Assembly (NCBI GenBank): GCA_964564575.1
Contig: CAZMBB010000005.1
Span: 294-64,293, forward strand
From: an uncultured Dehalococcoidales bacterium
Lineage (GTDB): Bacteria; Chloroflexota; Dehalococcoidia; Lucifugimonadales; Lucifugimonadaceae
Direction: 5' to 3'
DNA: 64,000 bases
Of this stretch, positions 38,047-49,343 are shown one piece after another (the first letter of the stretch is position 1; each line of letters starts with the position of its first letter). The translations under genes and the position numbers were made by a program. Under the pieces are notes generated by a model that did not search any database, was not told where the DNA came from, and worked only from the letters and a program-made list of their open reading frames with translations.

Positions 38047-40335
38047 CTATCCCCCGTTCTTAGCCGCCAAAGCCTCCAAGATTCGACCCGGCTTCATCGG
38101 CTGCTCCTGCAACCTGACACCAATCGCGTCGTTGATGGCGTTCGGGATCGCTCCAAGCGGCGGTGCAATCGGGACTTCACCAACACCACGCACACCAAAC
38201 GGGTGCATCGGGTTCGCAACCTCGACGATGTGCGTCTCAAGCATCGGCAAGTCTAACGAAGTCGGCATTCTGTAGTCCAAGAAGCTGAAGTTGGCCATCG
38301 AGCCATCTTCATTCATGAAGTACTCCTCGTTGAGCGCCCAACCGATGCCTTGAGCGGCGCCGCCCTGCATCTGATTCTCGACGTAAGCCGGATGGATCGC
38401 CTTGCCCGCGTCTTGGAACACGCTGTAGCGGACCACGTCGGTTTTTCCGGTGTCGGGATCAATGTCAAGATCGCAGATGTGCAGGCCAAACGCGTTACCG
38501 GCAGCCGCCAGGTTGACCGAAGACGTTGTCGAAATCGGACCACCCGTGTCGCCCAATCGCGACGCCAAGTCCTTGAAGCCAAGGCTCAACTCAGGATCCG
38601 ACTTGCTGCTGAACACTCCGTCCGAGAATTGGACATCGTCTTCGTCTATGCCCCAAAGCGTAGCTGCACGGACCTTCATCTCGTCAACCATCTTCATCGC
38701 AGCTTCCCACGCCGCAAATCCTGTGGCATAGGTCACTCGGCTACCGCCGGTCGTCCCGGTGTAACCGATTTCATCCGTGTTCGGAATGCTTGGGTGAACA
38801 TCGTGAGCATCCAGACCCAAGACTTCGGCCGCCTGCATCGCGATCGATGCTCGAGACCCGCCGATGTCCTGCGAACCCTCGTTCATCGCAACCGTGCCGT
38901 CATCTTGCAGCATCAGGTCAACAGTCGACTTTCCGCCGCCATTCATCCAGAACCCAACGCCGACACCGCGACCGCGTTTCCTGCCCGGTGCAGGTTCACC
39001 CAAGGGCGAGTTCCAGTGATCAGAATCTCGCGCCTGCTCCAGCATCTCCACCAGACCGATGCGATTGAACATCACACCGTTGCCATTTCGAGTGCCTTCC
39101 TTCGACGCGTTGTCGAGCCTGAACTGCATCTTGTCCCAGCCCATCGTGTCGCAGATCTCGTCTACAACCGTCTCGACTGCGAAACAGACCTGCGGAGAGC
39201 CAGGAGCACGATATGCCGCCGATTTTGGCTTGTTGACGACCACGTCGTAAGCATCGATGCGGGAGTTCGCAACATCGTACGCTGCTCTCATGCAGTTGAT
39301 GCCCGCGGTGAACGACGAACCCGGGTAGCCGCCCGCCTCATATCGGAGCTTTCCATCGAAAGCGTGGATCTTCCCGTCTTTCGTCACGCCCATCTTCACG
39401 CGGACTTTGCCGCCGGGTGCGGGGCCACTTGCCATAAAGATCGCAGGGCGGTCCATGACCATCTTGACAGGTCGATGGTTCGACTTCTTCGACAAGATCG
39501 CCGCTACCGGCGACAAGTAGGTCTTGGTCTTGCCACCGAATCCGCCACCGATCTCGACCGACTCGGCGATGACGTTAGATTCTGGTAGCCCGACTAATGC
39601 CGCGGTCTGTTCTTTGACCGCGAACATTCCCTGTGTGCTTTCCCACACGCGAACATGGTCGTTCTCGTCCCAGACCGCCGTCGCGTTGTGCGGCTCGATA
39701 TAGCCTTGGTGAACTGACTCGAGTGAGACCTCACGTTCAACCACTAGATCGCATTCGTCAAACGCCCCGTCAGGATCGCCAAACTCGTGTCGCACTGCGA
39801 TCGCTACGTTGGTATTCGGGACTTGCTCGCCAAAGTGGTTTCCAACCAGATCTTCGAGCAAGATCGGCGCGCCGTCCGCCATCGCCTCATCCACGTTCCG
39901 CACCGGAGGAAGAGTCTCGTACTCAACCTTGATCCGCCTCACTGCCTCAGTCGCAGTATTCCTGTCGACTGCCGCAACCCCAGCAACTACGTGACCCCTG
40001 TAAAGCACCTTGTCCGAAGCCATCACATTGTCTTGCGTGCGCTTCATGTTCAGCACTTCTTCGCCAGTCTCAACCTCAACATCCGCTGCGATCGGAAAAT
40101 CCTTGTGCGTCACAACTGCGAAAACACCCGGCAGCTTTTCAGCTTCCGATGTGTCGATGCTCAAAATCCGGGCGTGAACCTGATCTGTGCGCAACACGTC
40201 TCCCCAGATCAATCCTGGCAACTTGACATCCGCGCCATAAACGGCACGCCCGGTCACCTTGTCCAAACCATCGTGCCGGATCGGACGTGTCCCGACTACC
40301 GAATAATCAGTCTTCTCTTCGAAAGTGGCTACCAT
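38047..40335 (-). CDS. xanthine dehydrogenase/aldehyde oxidase family molybdopterin-binding large subunit
   Basis: 762 aa with VVGTRPIRHDGLDKVTGRAVYGAD, GGGFGGK and later Mo-cofactor-binding blocks. No FAD or 2Fe-2S subunit genes are adjacent. Confidence 0.9.
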   Translation of the reverse strand: MVATFEEKTDYSVVGTRPIRHDGLDKVTGRAVYGADVKLPGLIWGDVLRTDQVHARILSIDTSEAEKLPGVFAVVTHKDFPIAADVEVETGEEVLNMKRTQDNVMASDKVLYRGHVVAGVAAVDRNTATEAVRRIKVEYETLPPVRNVDEAMADGAPILLEDLVGNHFGEQVPNTNVAIAVRHEFGDPDGAFDECDLVVEREVSLESVHQGYIEPHNATAVWDENDHVRVWESTQGMFAVKEQTAALVGLPESNVIAESVEIGGGFGGKTKTYLSPVAAILSKKSNHRPVKMVMDRPAIFMASGPAPGGKVRVKMGVTKDGKIHAFDGKLRYEAGGYPGSSFTAGINCMRAAYDVANSRIDAYDVVVNKPKSAAYRAPGSPQVCFAVETVVDEICDTMGWDKMQFRLDNASKEGTRNGNGVMFNRIGLVEMLEQARDSDHWNSPLGEPAPGRKRGRGVGVGFWMNGGGKSTVDLMLQDDGTVAMNEGSQDIGGSRASIAMQAAEVLGLDAHDVHPSIPNTDEIGYTGTTGGSRVTYATGFAAWEAAMKMVDEMKVRAATLWGIDEDDVQFSDGVFSSKSDPELSLGFKDLASRLGDTGGPISTTSSVNLAAAGNAFGLHICDLDIDPDTGKTDVVRYSVFQDAGKAIHPAYVENQMQGGAAQGIGWALNEEYFMNEDGSMANFSFLDYRMPTSLDLPMLETHIVEVANPMHPFGVRGVGEVPIAPPLGAIPNAINDAIGVRLQEQPMKPGRILEALAAKNGG

Positions 40336-40518
40336 TCAGATGGTCCTCCTGCTTTCATATTGATGTCGACTACGCCTATCTGACGCGACGACCCGTTCGC
40401 CATGTTTTGGATTCGTTGAACCTCCGCGCGCGACTAACCCGCGATCGTCAGGCCAACGAACAATTGAATGTTAATGCAAATACCTGCGAAGTAAACCGAC
40501 GCCAAAGTAAAGCGCCGT

Positions 40519-41496
40519 TTACGTCCGCGTCCGCGTCTCAGGTATGATCCCTGCTGGCCGGACCAGCAACACAACCACGATGATCAATCCGATCACTGCC
40601 AACCGCAGGTTGGGATCCCCCAAGAACCCGGGCAAGAACTGCGAACTCGATATCACCACCCACAAGACGAACGCACCCAAAATCGCTCCACGATGGTTTC
40701 CGCTACCCCCGAGTATCAGCATCGCCCAGATTATGAACGTCGCGAAAAACGGCTCAAACGCTTGTGGGGTGATCGAGTGTTTGGCGAATGCATACAACGC
40801 TCCACCGATACCCATCAATGCCGCACCATACGCAAACGCCTGCAACTTGAACTGAAACGCGTTCTTCCCAACCATCTCAACCGTGTCCTCATTCTCCCGT
40901 ATCGCCAATATCACCCGACCCCATGGCGATCCCGCCAACCGCTGCGACACGAAGTAGACGATCAAAAGCACGATCAGCACCAGAGGCAGAAACACGAAAT
41001 CGTACCAGTGCGGATCAACGAGACCATCTAGCACACGAGGTATACCGTTTAACCCGCGCGTACCGTCTGCCAACCATCCTTCATTAGTGAAGACCAACCG
41101 CACTGCTTCGCCCAGCCCCAATGTCGTTATCGCAAGATAGTCTCCGCGCAACCGAATCGTGATACTTCCCACCAGATAAGCCACCGCGGCACACACCGCC
41201 GCCGCGGCAATCAAGACCAGCGGGAACCACAGATCAAACCCGATCCGCTCTGCTCCGAGCGTAAATGCCAGATTCCCGCCCCACTCGTAACGCTGGTAGA
41301 GGTCTGGATTGGGTGGCGGCATCACCAAAATCGAAGCTGTATACGCCCCAAGCGCGAAAAACGCCGCAATCCCGATGTTGAACAACCCCGTGTGCCCGTA
41401 GTGCACGTTCAATCCGACGTTGATGATCGCGTAGATTCCCGCGATCACCAAGAAACTTCCGATGTGCAGGATCAGACCTTCAAACTCGCCAAACAT
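40519..41496 (-). CDS. branched-chain amino acid ABC transporter permease (LivM-like)
   Basis: Contains GHTGLFNIGIAAFFALGAYT and multiple TM helices. Confidence 0.85.
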   Translation of the reverse strand: MFGEFEGLILHIGSFLVIAGIYAIINVGLNVHYGHTGLFNIGIAAFFALGAYTASILVMPPPNPDLYQRYEWGGNLAFTLGAERIGFDLWFPLVLIAAAAVCAAVAYLVGSITIRLRGDYLAITTLGLGEAVRLVFTNEGWLADGTRGLNGIPRVLDGLVDPHWYDFVFLPLVLIVLLIVYFVSQRLAGSPWGRVILAIRENEDTVEMVGKNAFQFKLQAFAYGAALMGIGGALYAFAKHSITPQAFEPFFATFIIWAMLILGGSGNHRGAILGAFVLWVVISSSQFLPGFLGDPNLRLAVIGLIIVVVLLVRPAGIIPETRTRT

Positions 41497-41501
41497 CTCG
41501 C

Positions 41502-42605
41502 CTAACTCCGACTCTGCCCGAACAGACCGTTAGGCCGCACCAAAAGCAACACGATGATCGCCGCAAAGAAAACCGCAGGCTTATACGAAGGATCCAACCA
41601 AGCCGTCGAGACCTCCCCGACAACTCCTACAAAGATGGCCCCGGCAAACGCCCCGTAAGGATTCCCGATTCCACCAGCCACAACCGCTGCGAACAGCGGG
41701 ATCAATATCTTCCAACCCGATATCGTCAACAGCTGTCCCTGACCTGTGGCGAACAAAATTCCAGCAGCAGCAGCCATCCCACCGCCGATCACCCAAGTCA
41801 ACAGATTAGTCCGCTCCACGTCAATCCCCGTCACTCGCGCCAAATCCTCATTGTCCGCCGCCGCACGCATCGCCTTTCCCCACTTCGTCATGTTCAAGAA
41901 CAGATACGTCGCCAGTGTCAACACAATCGCCGCCACCGCCACGAAGATCATGTCCGGCGGGATCCGGACCACTACATCTTGCAGATGAAAGAGATCGACG
42001 GTCCAGATGAAAAACTTCTTCGATTCACGGGGGAAATGCTCCACCTCGGTCCCCCAGATGTATTGGATGAAACCCCGCAACGCAATCGCCACTCCCAATG
42101 ACGCCAATGCCATCACCCCCGGCAACGCGCCTCGCCTACGCATCGTCCGGTAAACCAGTTGATCAACCACCACGGCAAAGACCGCTACAAACAAAACCCC
42201 AATCGGCAAAGCGATAAACAACGTGTAACTGAATGTAAACGGGCCGACCGAATTCATGCTCCAAGCCTCGGGCAATACCGAAGTAAATACCCACAGGGCC
42301 GCAAACGCTCCCAACGTCATGTAGTCTCCGTGGGCGATATTCGGCAGATGCAAATTCCCATATACCAACGACAATCCCACAGCCCCGAGCGCATACACCG
42401 ATCCCACCAACAATCCATTCACAGTCAAATCCAACTGCCAAATCAACGCCCAAATCGCTAGACCACCCACCGCTATTAGCGCCGATCTCTCAATAACCAT
42501 CAACCCGCGTTCACCCACAACCGCAATCGCCGCGTCCCTGATCGCGTTCCGGTTAAAAATCATTGACAACCGATCTCCGACGTTAACCATCCGCGCCCTC
42601 CTCAT
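41502..42605 (-). CDS. branched-chain amino acid ABC transporter permease (LivH-like)
   Basis: Contains VYALGAVGLSLVYGNLHLPNIAHGDYMTLGAF. The N-terminal start is uncertain; alternative Met codons lie at 42590 and 42563. Confidence 0.8.
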   Translation of the reverse strand: MRRARMVNVGDRLSMIFNRNAIRDAAIAVVGERGLMVIERSALIAVGGLAIWALIWQLDLTVNGLLVGSVYALGAVGLSLVYGNLHLPNIAHGDYMTLGAFAALWVFTSVLPEAWSMNSVGPFTFSYTLFIALPIGVLFVAVFAVVVDQLVYRTMRRRGALPGVMALASLGVAIALRGFIQYIWGTEVEHFPRESKKFFIWTVDLFHLQDVVVRIPPDMIFVAVAAIVLTLATYLFLNMTKWGKAMRAAADNEDLARVTGIDVERTNLLTWVIGGGMAAAAGILFATGQGQLLTISGWKILIPLFAAVVAGGIGNPYGAFAGAIFVGVVGEVSTAWLDPSYKPAVFFAAIIVLLLVRPNGLFGQSRS

Positions 42606-43347
42606 CTGCTCCGCCTAGTCCTAAGAAGACCCGACCAATATCCGGATTGTTCAAAAGCCCGTCAGCCGTATCGTCGAAGAAGTTCCGCCCGCGAGCCAGC
42701 ACATAAGCCCGGTCGCTATGTCGCAATGCTTTGATCGCGTTCTGCTCAACTAACAAGATCGAAACTCCGCTCCGATTAATCTCCCGAATCTGCTCCAAGA
42801 CTTGATCCACAATCTGCGGCGCCAACCCCGCAGTCGGCTCATCCAGCAGCAACACGCTCGGTTCCGCCACTAAAGCCCTCGCCAACGCCAACATCTGACG
42901 TTGACCACCCGACAGGTGCCCCGCATTCTCTTTCCACCGCTCTCTCAAGAGCGGAAACAGATCCTGCACCTTTTCAATCCGTGCATCCAGATCCCCATGC
43001 AAGGTAAACGCCCCCATCTCCACATTCTCCCGAACCGACAAAGTAGGGAAGATGTTCCCCGCCTGCGGAACATACCCGATCCCCATCGCAATCAACCTGT
43101 CAGCACGCTCACCCGTTATGTCCTCACCGTGCAGCCGTATCGATCCACCTTCAACATCCGCCAGACCAAATATCGCCTTGATCGTCGTCGACTTCCCAGA
43201 TCCGTTCGGCCCAATAATCGTGACCATCTCCCCCTTATTCACGACAATCGAAATTCCCCGAGCGATCAACGTCGGACCGTACCCAGCCTCCAAATCCCCG
43301 ATCTCAAGCGCGGGAGGCACCCCATTTTCGGCGATAGCCGCGCTCAC
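42583..43347 (-). CDS. ABC transporter ATP-binding protein (LivF-like)
   Basis: Contains GPNGSGKST, LSGGQRQM and LLLDEPT. Confidence 0.9.
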   Translation of the reverse strand: MSAAIAENGVPPALEIGDLEAGYGPTLIARGISIVVNKGEMVTIIGPNGSGKSTTIKAIFGLADVEGGSIRLHGEDITGERADRLIAMGIGYVPQAGNIFPTLSVRENVEMGAFTLHGDLDARIEKVQDLFPLLRERWKENAGHLSGGQRQMLALARALVAEPSVLLLDEPTAGLAPQIVDQVLEQIREINRSGVSILLVEQNAIKALRHSDRAYVLARGRNFFDDTADGLLNNPDIGRVFLGLGGADEEGADG

Positions 43348-44117
43348 GCCTCAATCCCTCCCAAATACGCCTCTAACACCCGCGCATCGCTCCGCACCTC
43401 CTCCGGCGTCCCATGCGCGATCACCTTCCCCTCCGCCATAACGATCACCGAATCACACATCTCCATGATCAGCGGCACATCGTGCTCCACGATCACCCAC
43501 GTAATGCCCTGTTCATCCCTCAAATTCTTGATCGTTCGAACGATGTTCTGCATCAACGTGGGATTCACTCCCGCGGCGGGTTCGTCTAGCAGCACCAGCT
43601 TCGGAGAAGCCATCAATGCCCGGCCAATCTCCAGGAGCTTCTTCTGCCCAGTAGAGAGATTCGCTGCCAACTCCGTTTCAAGATGATCCAACAGCAAAAG
43701 CTTCAACACCTCCCGCGCCTGCGCCCGTATCTTCTCCTCCTGTCTCCTCACCAACATCGGCGCAAACACCGACGTGAACATCGCCTCCCCAATCTGTCCC
43801 TCCGGTACTAGCGCCAAATTCTCCAACACTGTCATCCGACCCAACTCACCCGGTATCTGAAAAGTCCTAGCCACACCCCGTCGCGCAACCGAATGCGGAG
43901 GGATCCCGTCCAATCGTCGCCCGTCAAAGAAGATCCGACCGCTCTGCAACGGCACCATATCGGTGATCAGATTGAACATCGTCGACTTCCCCGCACCATT
44001 GGGCCCGATCAATCCCGTAATCGTCCCCGCTTCGACCTCTAGTGAACAGTTGTCAACTGCGCGCAATCCCCCGAACGCGCAGACCGCGTCCTCAACCTTC
44101 AGAATCGGCTCTGTCAA
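43344..44117 (-). CDS. ABC transporter ATP-binding protein (LivG-like)
   Basis: Contains [30 protein letters not shown] and [10 protein letters not shown]. Confidence 0.9.
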   Translation of the reverse strand: MTEPILKVEDAVCAFGGLRAVDNCSLEVEAGTITGLIGPNGAGKSTMFNLITDMVPLQSGRIFFDGRRLDGIPPHSVARRGVARTFQIPGELGRMTVLENLALVPEGQIGEAMFTSVFAPMLVRRQEEKIRAQAREVLKLLLLDHLETELAANLSTGQKKLLEIGRALMASPKLVLLDEPAAGVNPTLMQNIVRTIKNLRDEQGITWVIVEHDVPLIMEMCDSVIVMAEGKVIAHGTPEEVRSDARVLEAYLGGIEA

Positions 44118-44255
44118 TGCAGATCCACGCCTTCACACATCGAATATTCCGCCGCACGCACTATCTTCTATACTTTCGCCAACCAATTGTATAGCCGCAA
44201 ATCCAAACGAAACGGCATCCCTGAATCCCCAATCAACACCGCCGAGAATCCTGAT

Positions 44256-46292
44256 ATGGCAACTAAAAACGGCAGCAACGAAACCATCGAACTCACTCCC
44301 GAAGACGTTCTAGGCACCGAACAATCCCCGGAACTCCGAGAAATCCGCACCCAAGCCGACGGTCCCACCGGCGTCCTACCATTCACCGCCGATTTCCTCA
44401 CCAACAGTCCCAGCGGTGATCACTTCGGCATGACCCAAAACGCGGGAATGGGATGGAACCCTGCTGAACTCATGCGCAAGCAGTTCATCATCCTCGCCAC
44501 CGCCGGCGGCCTCCGGGAAGAAGACGGAACTCCCGTCGCCCTCGGACTGCACACCGGACACTTCGAGCTCGCCTCAATGGTCAAGGCCGCTTCCGAAGAG
44601 TTCGATCGTTTGAACGGCTTGCCGTTCGCCACTTTCTGCTCCGATCCGTGCGATGGTCGAACGCAGGGCACTACGGGGATGATGGACTCCCTGCCATACA
44701 GGAACGACGCCGCCCAAGTTTTCCGTCGACAAGCCCGATCTCTACCCACTGCCCGCGGGGTTCTAGGTATTGCCTCCTGCGATAAAGGCCTTCCCGCCAT
44801 GATGATGGCTGTCGCCGGTCTACGCGACAAACCCGTCGTTGTCGTCCCCGGTGGCGTCACTCTCGCACCCAAATCGGGCGAAGACGCCGGAATGATCCAG
44901 TCCATCGGTGCCCGATTCGCGCAAGGCGAAGTCACCCTCGAATATGCACAAGACGTCGGATGTCGCGCCTGCGCCTCCCCCGGCGGCGGATGCCAGTTCC
45001 TCGGAACCGCGGGGACATCCCAAGTCGTCTCTGAAGCCCTCGGACTAGCCATCACCCACGGCGCACTCTCACCATCCGGCACTCCCGCATGGTTCGATGT
45101 CGCCGTTCGATCCGCACGCGCACTCGTCATGGCCGAAAACCGCGGTATCAAATCTAACGACATCCTCACCGACGCCGCATTTGAAAACGCAATGGTCGTC
45201 CATGCAGCATGTGGAGGCTCCACCAATCTTCTACTCCACACCCCCGCGATCGCCCACGCCGCCGGACGAAGACGAATGAATGTCGACGACTGGCGACGGG
45301 TCAACGACGAAGTCCCCCGCATCGTAGACGTCCTACCCAACGGTCCCATCGGACACCCTACCGCGCAGCTCTACGCCGCTGGAGGCGTACCCGAGGTCAT
45401 GCTCCACCTACGCAATCTCGGCCTCCTCGACACCACAGTCCTAACTGCCACCGGGCAGACCCTCGATGAAAACTTGGATTGGTGGGAAGACTCCGAGCGC
45501 CGACAAGACATGCGCAACTACCTCAGAAATGTTGACGGTGTCGACCCCGACAACGTCATCATGTCTGCCGACCGCGCGAAATCCAAAGGCCTCACCAGCA
45601 CCGTCACATTCCCCGGCGGAAACCTCGCGCCGCAAGGCTCAGTCATCAAGTCCACTGCCATCGACCCAACAGTCGTCGATGACGATGGCGTTTACCGAAA
45701 CACCGGCAAAGCCCGCGTCTTCACATCCGAACGCGACGCCATCGCGGCTATCAAGACCCGCGACGATGACTACAAGATCAAAGCTGGCGACATCATGATC
45801 GTCAACTGCGGCGGACCCTTAGGCACAGGCATGGAAGAGCTCTACCAAATCACCGCCGCGCTGAAACACCTTTCATATGGCAAACACGTCGCCCTCATCA
45901 CCGACGCCCGCTTCTCCGGAGTCTCAACCGGCGCATGTATCGGACACGTCGGACCCGAAGCCCTCGCAGGCGGCCCCATCGGACGCGTACGAGAAGGCGA
46001 CCTTGTCGAAATCATCATCGATCGCACCAACCTCACCGGCTCCATAAATCTCGTCGGCGAAAACGACATCTACCATGGCGCCAGCTGGGGCACCCAAGAA
46101 CTCGAAAACCGACCAACCCCCGATAATCTGACTCCCCATCCACAAATCCCTGACGACTCACGACTCTGGGCCGCACTCCAATCCGCATCCGGCGGCATCT
46201 GGGGTGGCTGCGTCTTCGACACCGACTCCATCATCGAAACCCTAAACGCCGGCAAAGAGGCACTCCAAAAACAACGCGAACCCGTCACGTAG
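44256..46292 (+). CDS. IlvD/Edd family dehydratase, YjhG/YagF (sugar-acid/xylonate dehydratase)-like
   Basis: About 678 aa from ATG 44256, with [16 protein letters not shown] and [10 protein letters not shown]. The length and N-terminal region fit the YjhG/YagF subgroup as I recall it. Confidence 0.8.
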   Translation: MATKNGSNETIELTPEDVLGTEQSPELREIRTQADGPTGVLPFTADFLTNSPSGDHFGMTQNAGMGWNPAELMRKQFIILATAGGLREEDGTPVALGLHTGHFELASMVKAASEEFDRLNGLPFATFCSDPCDGRTQGTTGMMDSLPYRNDAAQVFRRQARSLPTARGVLGIASCDKGLPAMMMAVAGLRDKPVVVVPGGVTLAPKSGEDAGMIQSIGARFAQGEVTLEYAQDVGCRACASPGGGCQFLGTAGTSQVVSEALGLAITHGALSPSGTPAWFDVAVRSARALVMAENRGIKSNDILTDAAFENAMVVHAACGGSTNLLLHTPAIAHAAGRRRMNVDDWRRVNDEVPRIVDVLPNGPIGHPTAQLYAAGGVPEVMLHLRNLGLLDTTVLTATGQTLDENLDWWEDSERRQDMRNYLRNVDGVDPDNVIMSADRAKSKGLTSTVTFPGGNLAPQGSVIKSTAIDPTVVDDDGVYRNTGKARVFTSERDAIAAIKTRDDDYKIKAGDIMIVNCGGPLGTGMEELYQITAALKHLSYGKHVALITDARFSGVSTGACIGHVGPEALAGGPIGRVREGDLVEIIIDRTNLTGSINLVGENDIYHGASWGTQELENRPTPDNLTPHPQIPDDSRLWAALQSASGGIWGGCVFDTDSIIETLNAGKEALQKQREPVT

Positions 46293-46331
46293 GGGAGACC
46301 CTCGTGGTCGCGCTAATGCAGGATGGCACTC

Positions 46332-47405
46332 TTAACCCTGAGCTTGCGTCAAAATCCCGACCGCTTCTTCAACATGCGCGGGCGCGCCCACCAAAATCAA
46401 CGCGTCGCCGCCACGTATAACAACGTCGTCGACTACGTCGATAATCCCTCCCGAATCCCCGCGCCGCACTGCGATCACATCCGCCCGGCTAGTCGTAGCG
46501 ACGCCACATTCTCCGATAGTCTTGCCATCGTACCCGCCTCCGCGCACCACAACCACCTCTTCCGTAATCACCGCCAACCGTCCGCCTTCTACTTCGATCG
46601 CCGCGTTCCCGATCTCCATCGGCGCGTCCTGATCCAATATCTCCTCCACGATGCTCCGAGCCGCAATGTGATGCATCGACACCACGTTTGAAGCGCCCGC
46701 ACGCAGTAGCTTCGATTCCGACTCCGGAAGCGTCGCTTTCGCAACTATCTCCAGCTCCGGCGCCATCACATGTGCTGTCAACACCGTCATCAACGCCGCC
46801 GAATCCGGCGACACTGTGCAGATCAAACTCGACGCACGTTCAATCCCTGCCTTCATCAACACCTCGTCCTGACCGGCATCACCATGGATACCGATGTAAC
46901 CATCCTCCGACGCGTTCCGAACCGCCTCGCTGTTGTTGTCGATAACCACCACTCGCGTTCCCGGCGTGGCATTCAACTCCGACGCCACAATCGTCCCTGT
47001 ATCGCCGTAACCCACCACGATGTGATGACCCTTCAATCGCCGCATCATCGCCTCTGTCCCGCGTTGCCGCAAGTTCGAAACTAGCTGACCTGATATCAAT
47101 TGCTCCCCCAGTGTCGCAAATGTATACGCAAACGCCCCTACTCCGGTGATGATTATCACTATCGAAAACACCCGCCCCAGCTCGCTCAGCGGCCTCACCT
47201 CCTCAAATCCCACCGTCGACATCGTGATCACCGACATATACGCCGCATCCATCCACGTCCAATCATCACCCTCGATCACCTTGAAACCAACCACACCGAT
47301 CGCCAGCACCGTCAATAGCGCCATTATCCCGCGGAACAAATTCCAACGTCGCCGACGGATCAACCGCCGCGACTCGGAAGGCGCTGAAACTACAAATGCT
47401 GGCAT
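46332..47405 (-). CDS. potassium-channel family protein with RCK (TrkA-N/TrkA-C) domains
   Basis: Has two TM helices plus a pore helix with MSTVGFEEV, then HIVVGYGDTG (Rossmann/RCK) and a TrkA-C-like tail. Confidence 0.8.
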   Translation of the reverse strand: MPAFVVSAPSESRRLIRRRRWNLFRGIMALLTVLAIGVVGFKVIEGDDWTWMDAAYMSVITMSTVGFEEVRPLSELGRVFSIVIIITGVGAFAYTFATLGEQLISGQLVSNLRQRGTEAMMRRLKGHHIVVGYGDTGTIVASELNATPGTRVVVIDNNSEAVRNASEDGYIGIHGDAGQDEVLMKAGIERASSLICTVSPDSAALMTVLTAHVMAPELEIVAKATLPESESKLLRAGASNVVSMHHIAARSIVEEILDQDAPMEIGNAAIEVEGGRLAVITEEVVVVRGGGYDGKTIGECGVATTSRADVIAVRRGDSGGIIDVVDDVVIRGGDALILVGAPAHVEEAVGILTQAQG

Positions 47406-47423
47406 GAATGCTCGCTTAAACCC

Positions 47424-48581
47424 TCAAGCACGCGCCGCCGCTTCACGCGCAGCGACCGCAACTGCTAACGCCTCTTCTGCCGTCTCACCCGTAATCGTTA
47501 TATGACCCATCTTACGACCAACCCGATAACCAGACTTCCCATAAAGATGCAGATGCGCCCTCTCCATCCCCAATACCGACGCCCAATCCGGCGACCCATC
47601 AGTCGCCTCCCAAACGTCGCCTAACAGATTCACCATCACCGTAGGCGAACGCAATCCCACATCACCCATCGGCATTCCCAACATGATTCGCGCCAACTGC
47701 TCGAACTGCGAAGTCTCGCAACCCTCAATCGTGTAATGCCCCGAATTATGCGGACGCGGCGCTAACTCATTCACCAAAACCTCGCCATCCCGCGTCACAA
47801 ACATCTCCACCGCAATCAAACCCACAACGTCCAGCCCCTCCGCGATCCGCATCGCTACTCGTTCTGCCTCAGCCTTCACCTCATCCGAACACCGCGCTGG
47901 AACAATCGACGTATCCAAAATCCCTTCCACATGCACATTCTCCGAAACCGGAAACGTCCGCATCTCCCCATCCAAATTCCGAGCACAAACCACGGAAACC
48001 TCCATCTCAAAATCCACAAACCCCTCAACAATCACCGGCGCATCCTCCGACCCTCCTAAACCATCAAACGCTGACTCAGCATCCCCATCATCCCCAACCA
48101 CGCTCTGTCCCTTACCGTCATATCCCCACCGAGTAGTCTTCATCACCACCGGCGCTCCAATCTCCCCCACAGCCTCAACCGCTTCACCCACACTCCGAAC
48201 AACCCGAAACTCCGGTACCCCGATCCCCAACTCCCTCATCGTCGATTTCTCAATCTCCCGATCCTGACAAACCCTTAGCACCGACGGCGAAGGATACACC
48301 GTCTTCAACTCCGCAATCTTCTCGATCGCCGCCGCATCCACATTCTCAAACTCATACGTCACAACATCCGACCGTTCCGCCAACTCCTCCGCAGCGCCCA
48401 AATCATCATACGCCGCCGCGATATGAAAATCCGTAACCTGTGAAGCTGGGCAATCCTCCCCAGGATCCAACGAAACCGACCGATACCCCATCACCCGAGC
48501 CGCCATAGCCAACATTCGACCCAACTGTCCACCGCCGAATATCCCGATCGTCGAACCGGGCTGCAATTCTCGTCCTGACAT
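47424..48581 (-). CDS. purK: 5-(carboxyamino)imidazole ribonucleotide synthase
   Basis: Contains IGIFGGGQLGRMLA, an ATP-grasp core and PRPHNSGH. Confidence 0.9.
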   Translation of the reverse strand: MSGRELQPGSTIGIFGGGQLGRMLAMAARVMGYRSVSLDPGEDCPASQVTDFHIAAAYDDLGAAEELAERSDVVTYEFENVDAAAIEKIAELKTVYPSPSVLRVCQDREIEKSTMRELGIGVPEFRVVRSVGEAVEAVGEIGAPVVMKTTRWGYDGKGQSVVGDDGDAESAFDGLGGSEDAPVIVEGFVDFEMEVSVVCARNLDGEMRTFPVSENVHVEGILDTSIVPARCSDEVKAEAERVAMRIAEGLDVVGLIAVEMFVTRDGEVLVNELAPRPHNSGHYTIEGCETSQFEQLARIMLGMPMGDVGLRSPTVMVNLLGDVWEATDGSPDWASVLGMERAHLHLYGKSGYRVGRKMGHITITGETAEEALAVAVAAREAAARA

Positions 48582-48594
48582 CCCTGAAACCGAT

Positions 48595-49113
48595 CTACCC
48601 GTTCAGATCTCGCTCGCTCACATAAGTCCCCGCCAAAACCTCCGCCTCCGCGTCTCTACGACGCGCCACCAACCGCCCAAAAACATCCTCGTCAAACGTC
48701 CCCACAATCTGCGCCGCCAGCAATCCTGCATTCACCGCTCCCGACCTCCCGATCGCAACCGTAGCCACCGGCACCCCCCGCGGCATCTGAACTATCGATA
48801 ACAACGAATCCAACCCGCTCAATGCCGAACTCTCCACTGGCACCCCGATCACCGGCAGATTCGTATTCGCCGCGACCATCCCCGGCAAATGCGCCGCACC
48901 ACCAGCGCCCGCCACAATCACCTTCACTCCACGCTCCTTTGCCTCCTTCGCGAACTCCGTCATCAACCCCGGCGTCCGGTGCGCCGAAACAATCCGCACC
49001 TCATGACTAACCCCCAACTCACCCAAAACCTCCGCCGCATGACGCATCGTAGGCAAGTCCGACCGGCTGCCCATTATCACTGAAACCAAAGGTCCATTCG
49101 CATTCTCACTCAT
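48595..49113 (-). CDS. purE: 5-(carboxyamino)imidazole ribonucleotide mutase
   Basis: Contains [21 protein letters not shown] and [10 protein letters not shown]. Confidence 0.95.
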   Translation of the reverse strand: MSENANGPLVSVIMGSRSDLPTMRHAAEVLGELGVSHEVRIVSAHRTPGLMTEFAKEAKERGVKVIVAGAGGAAHLPGMVAANTNLPVIGVPVESSALSGLDSLLSIVQMPRGVPVATVAIGRSGAVNAGLLAAQIVGTFDEDVFGRLVARRRDAEAEVLAGTYVSERDLNG

Positions 49114-49343
49114 TCCCAGAATCCTAACCGAAATCGATTAATCGTCATCCCCGCAGTTACCACAACAAAACACCCTGATATCACCTCCGCATAGTCCTCC
49201 CATCTATCAATTCGCCCATCTTTGCATTAAATCCCCGATTCTCGTAGACTTAAGGTATGCATCTCGTCCCGAATCGGCACCTTACTCTCCCATCCGCCGA
49301 TCTCTCGTGACTCCGGCAATCAAACGCCATTGAGGTAACCAAC

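Noticed and set aside
38047-40335. Link between selD and the molybdopterin hydroxylase (selenium-dependent Mo hydroxylase trait)
   Set aside because: The genes are 28 kb apart. No yqeB/yqeC-type marker genes or FAD/Fe-S subunits are nearby. The idea is pure speculation.
40519-44117. Liv-type ABC importer lacking a substrate-binding protein gene
   Set aside because: Binding-protein genes are often encoded elsewhere. This is noted in the summary but is not unusual enough to count as a finding.
49303-49316. ZTP (pfl) riboswitch-like ctcgtgactccggc between purE and the GreA-like gene
   Set aside because: It is on the strand opposite purE, and no downstream CCGCCTGGG pseudoknot partner is present. 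No purine riboswitch core was seen either.
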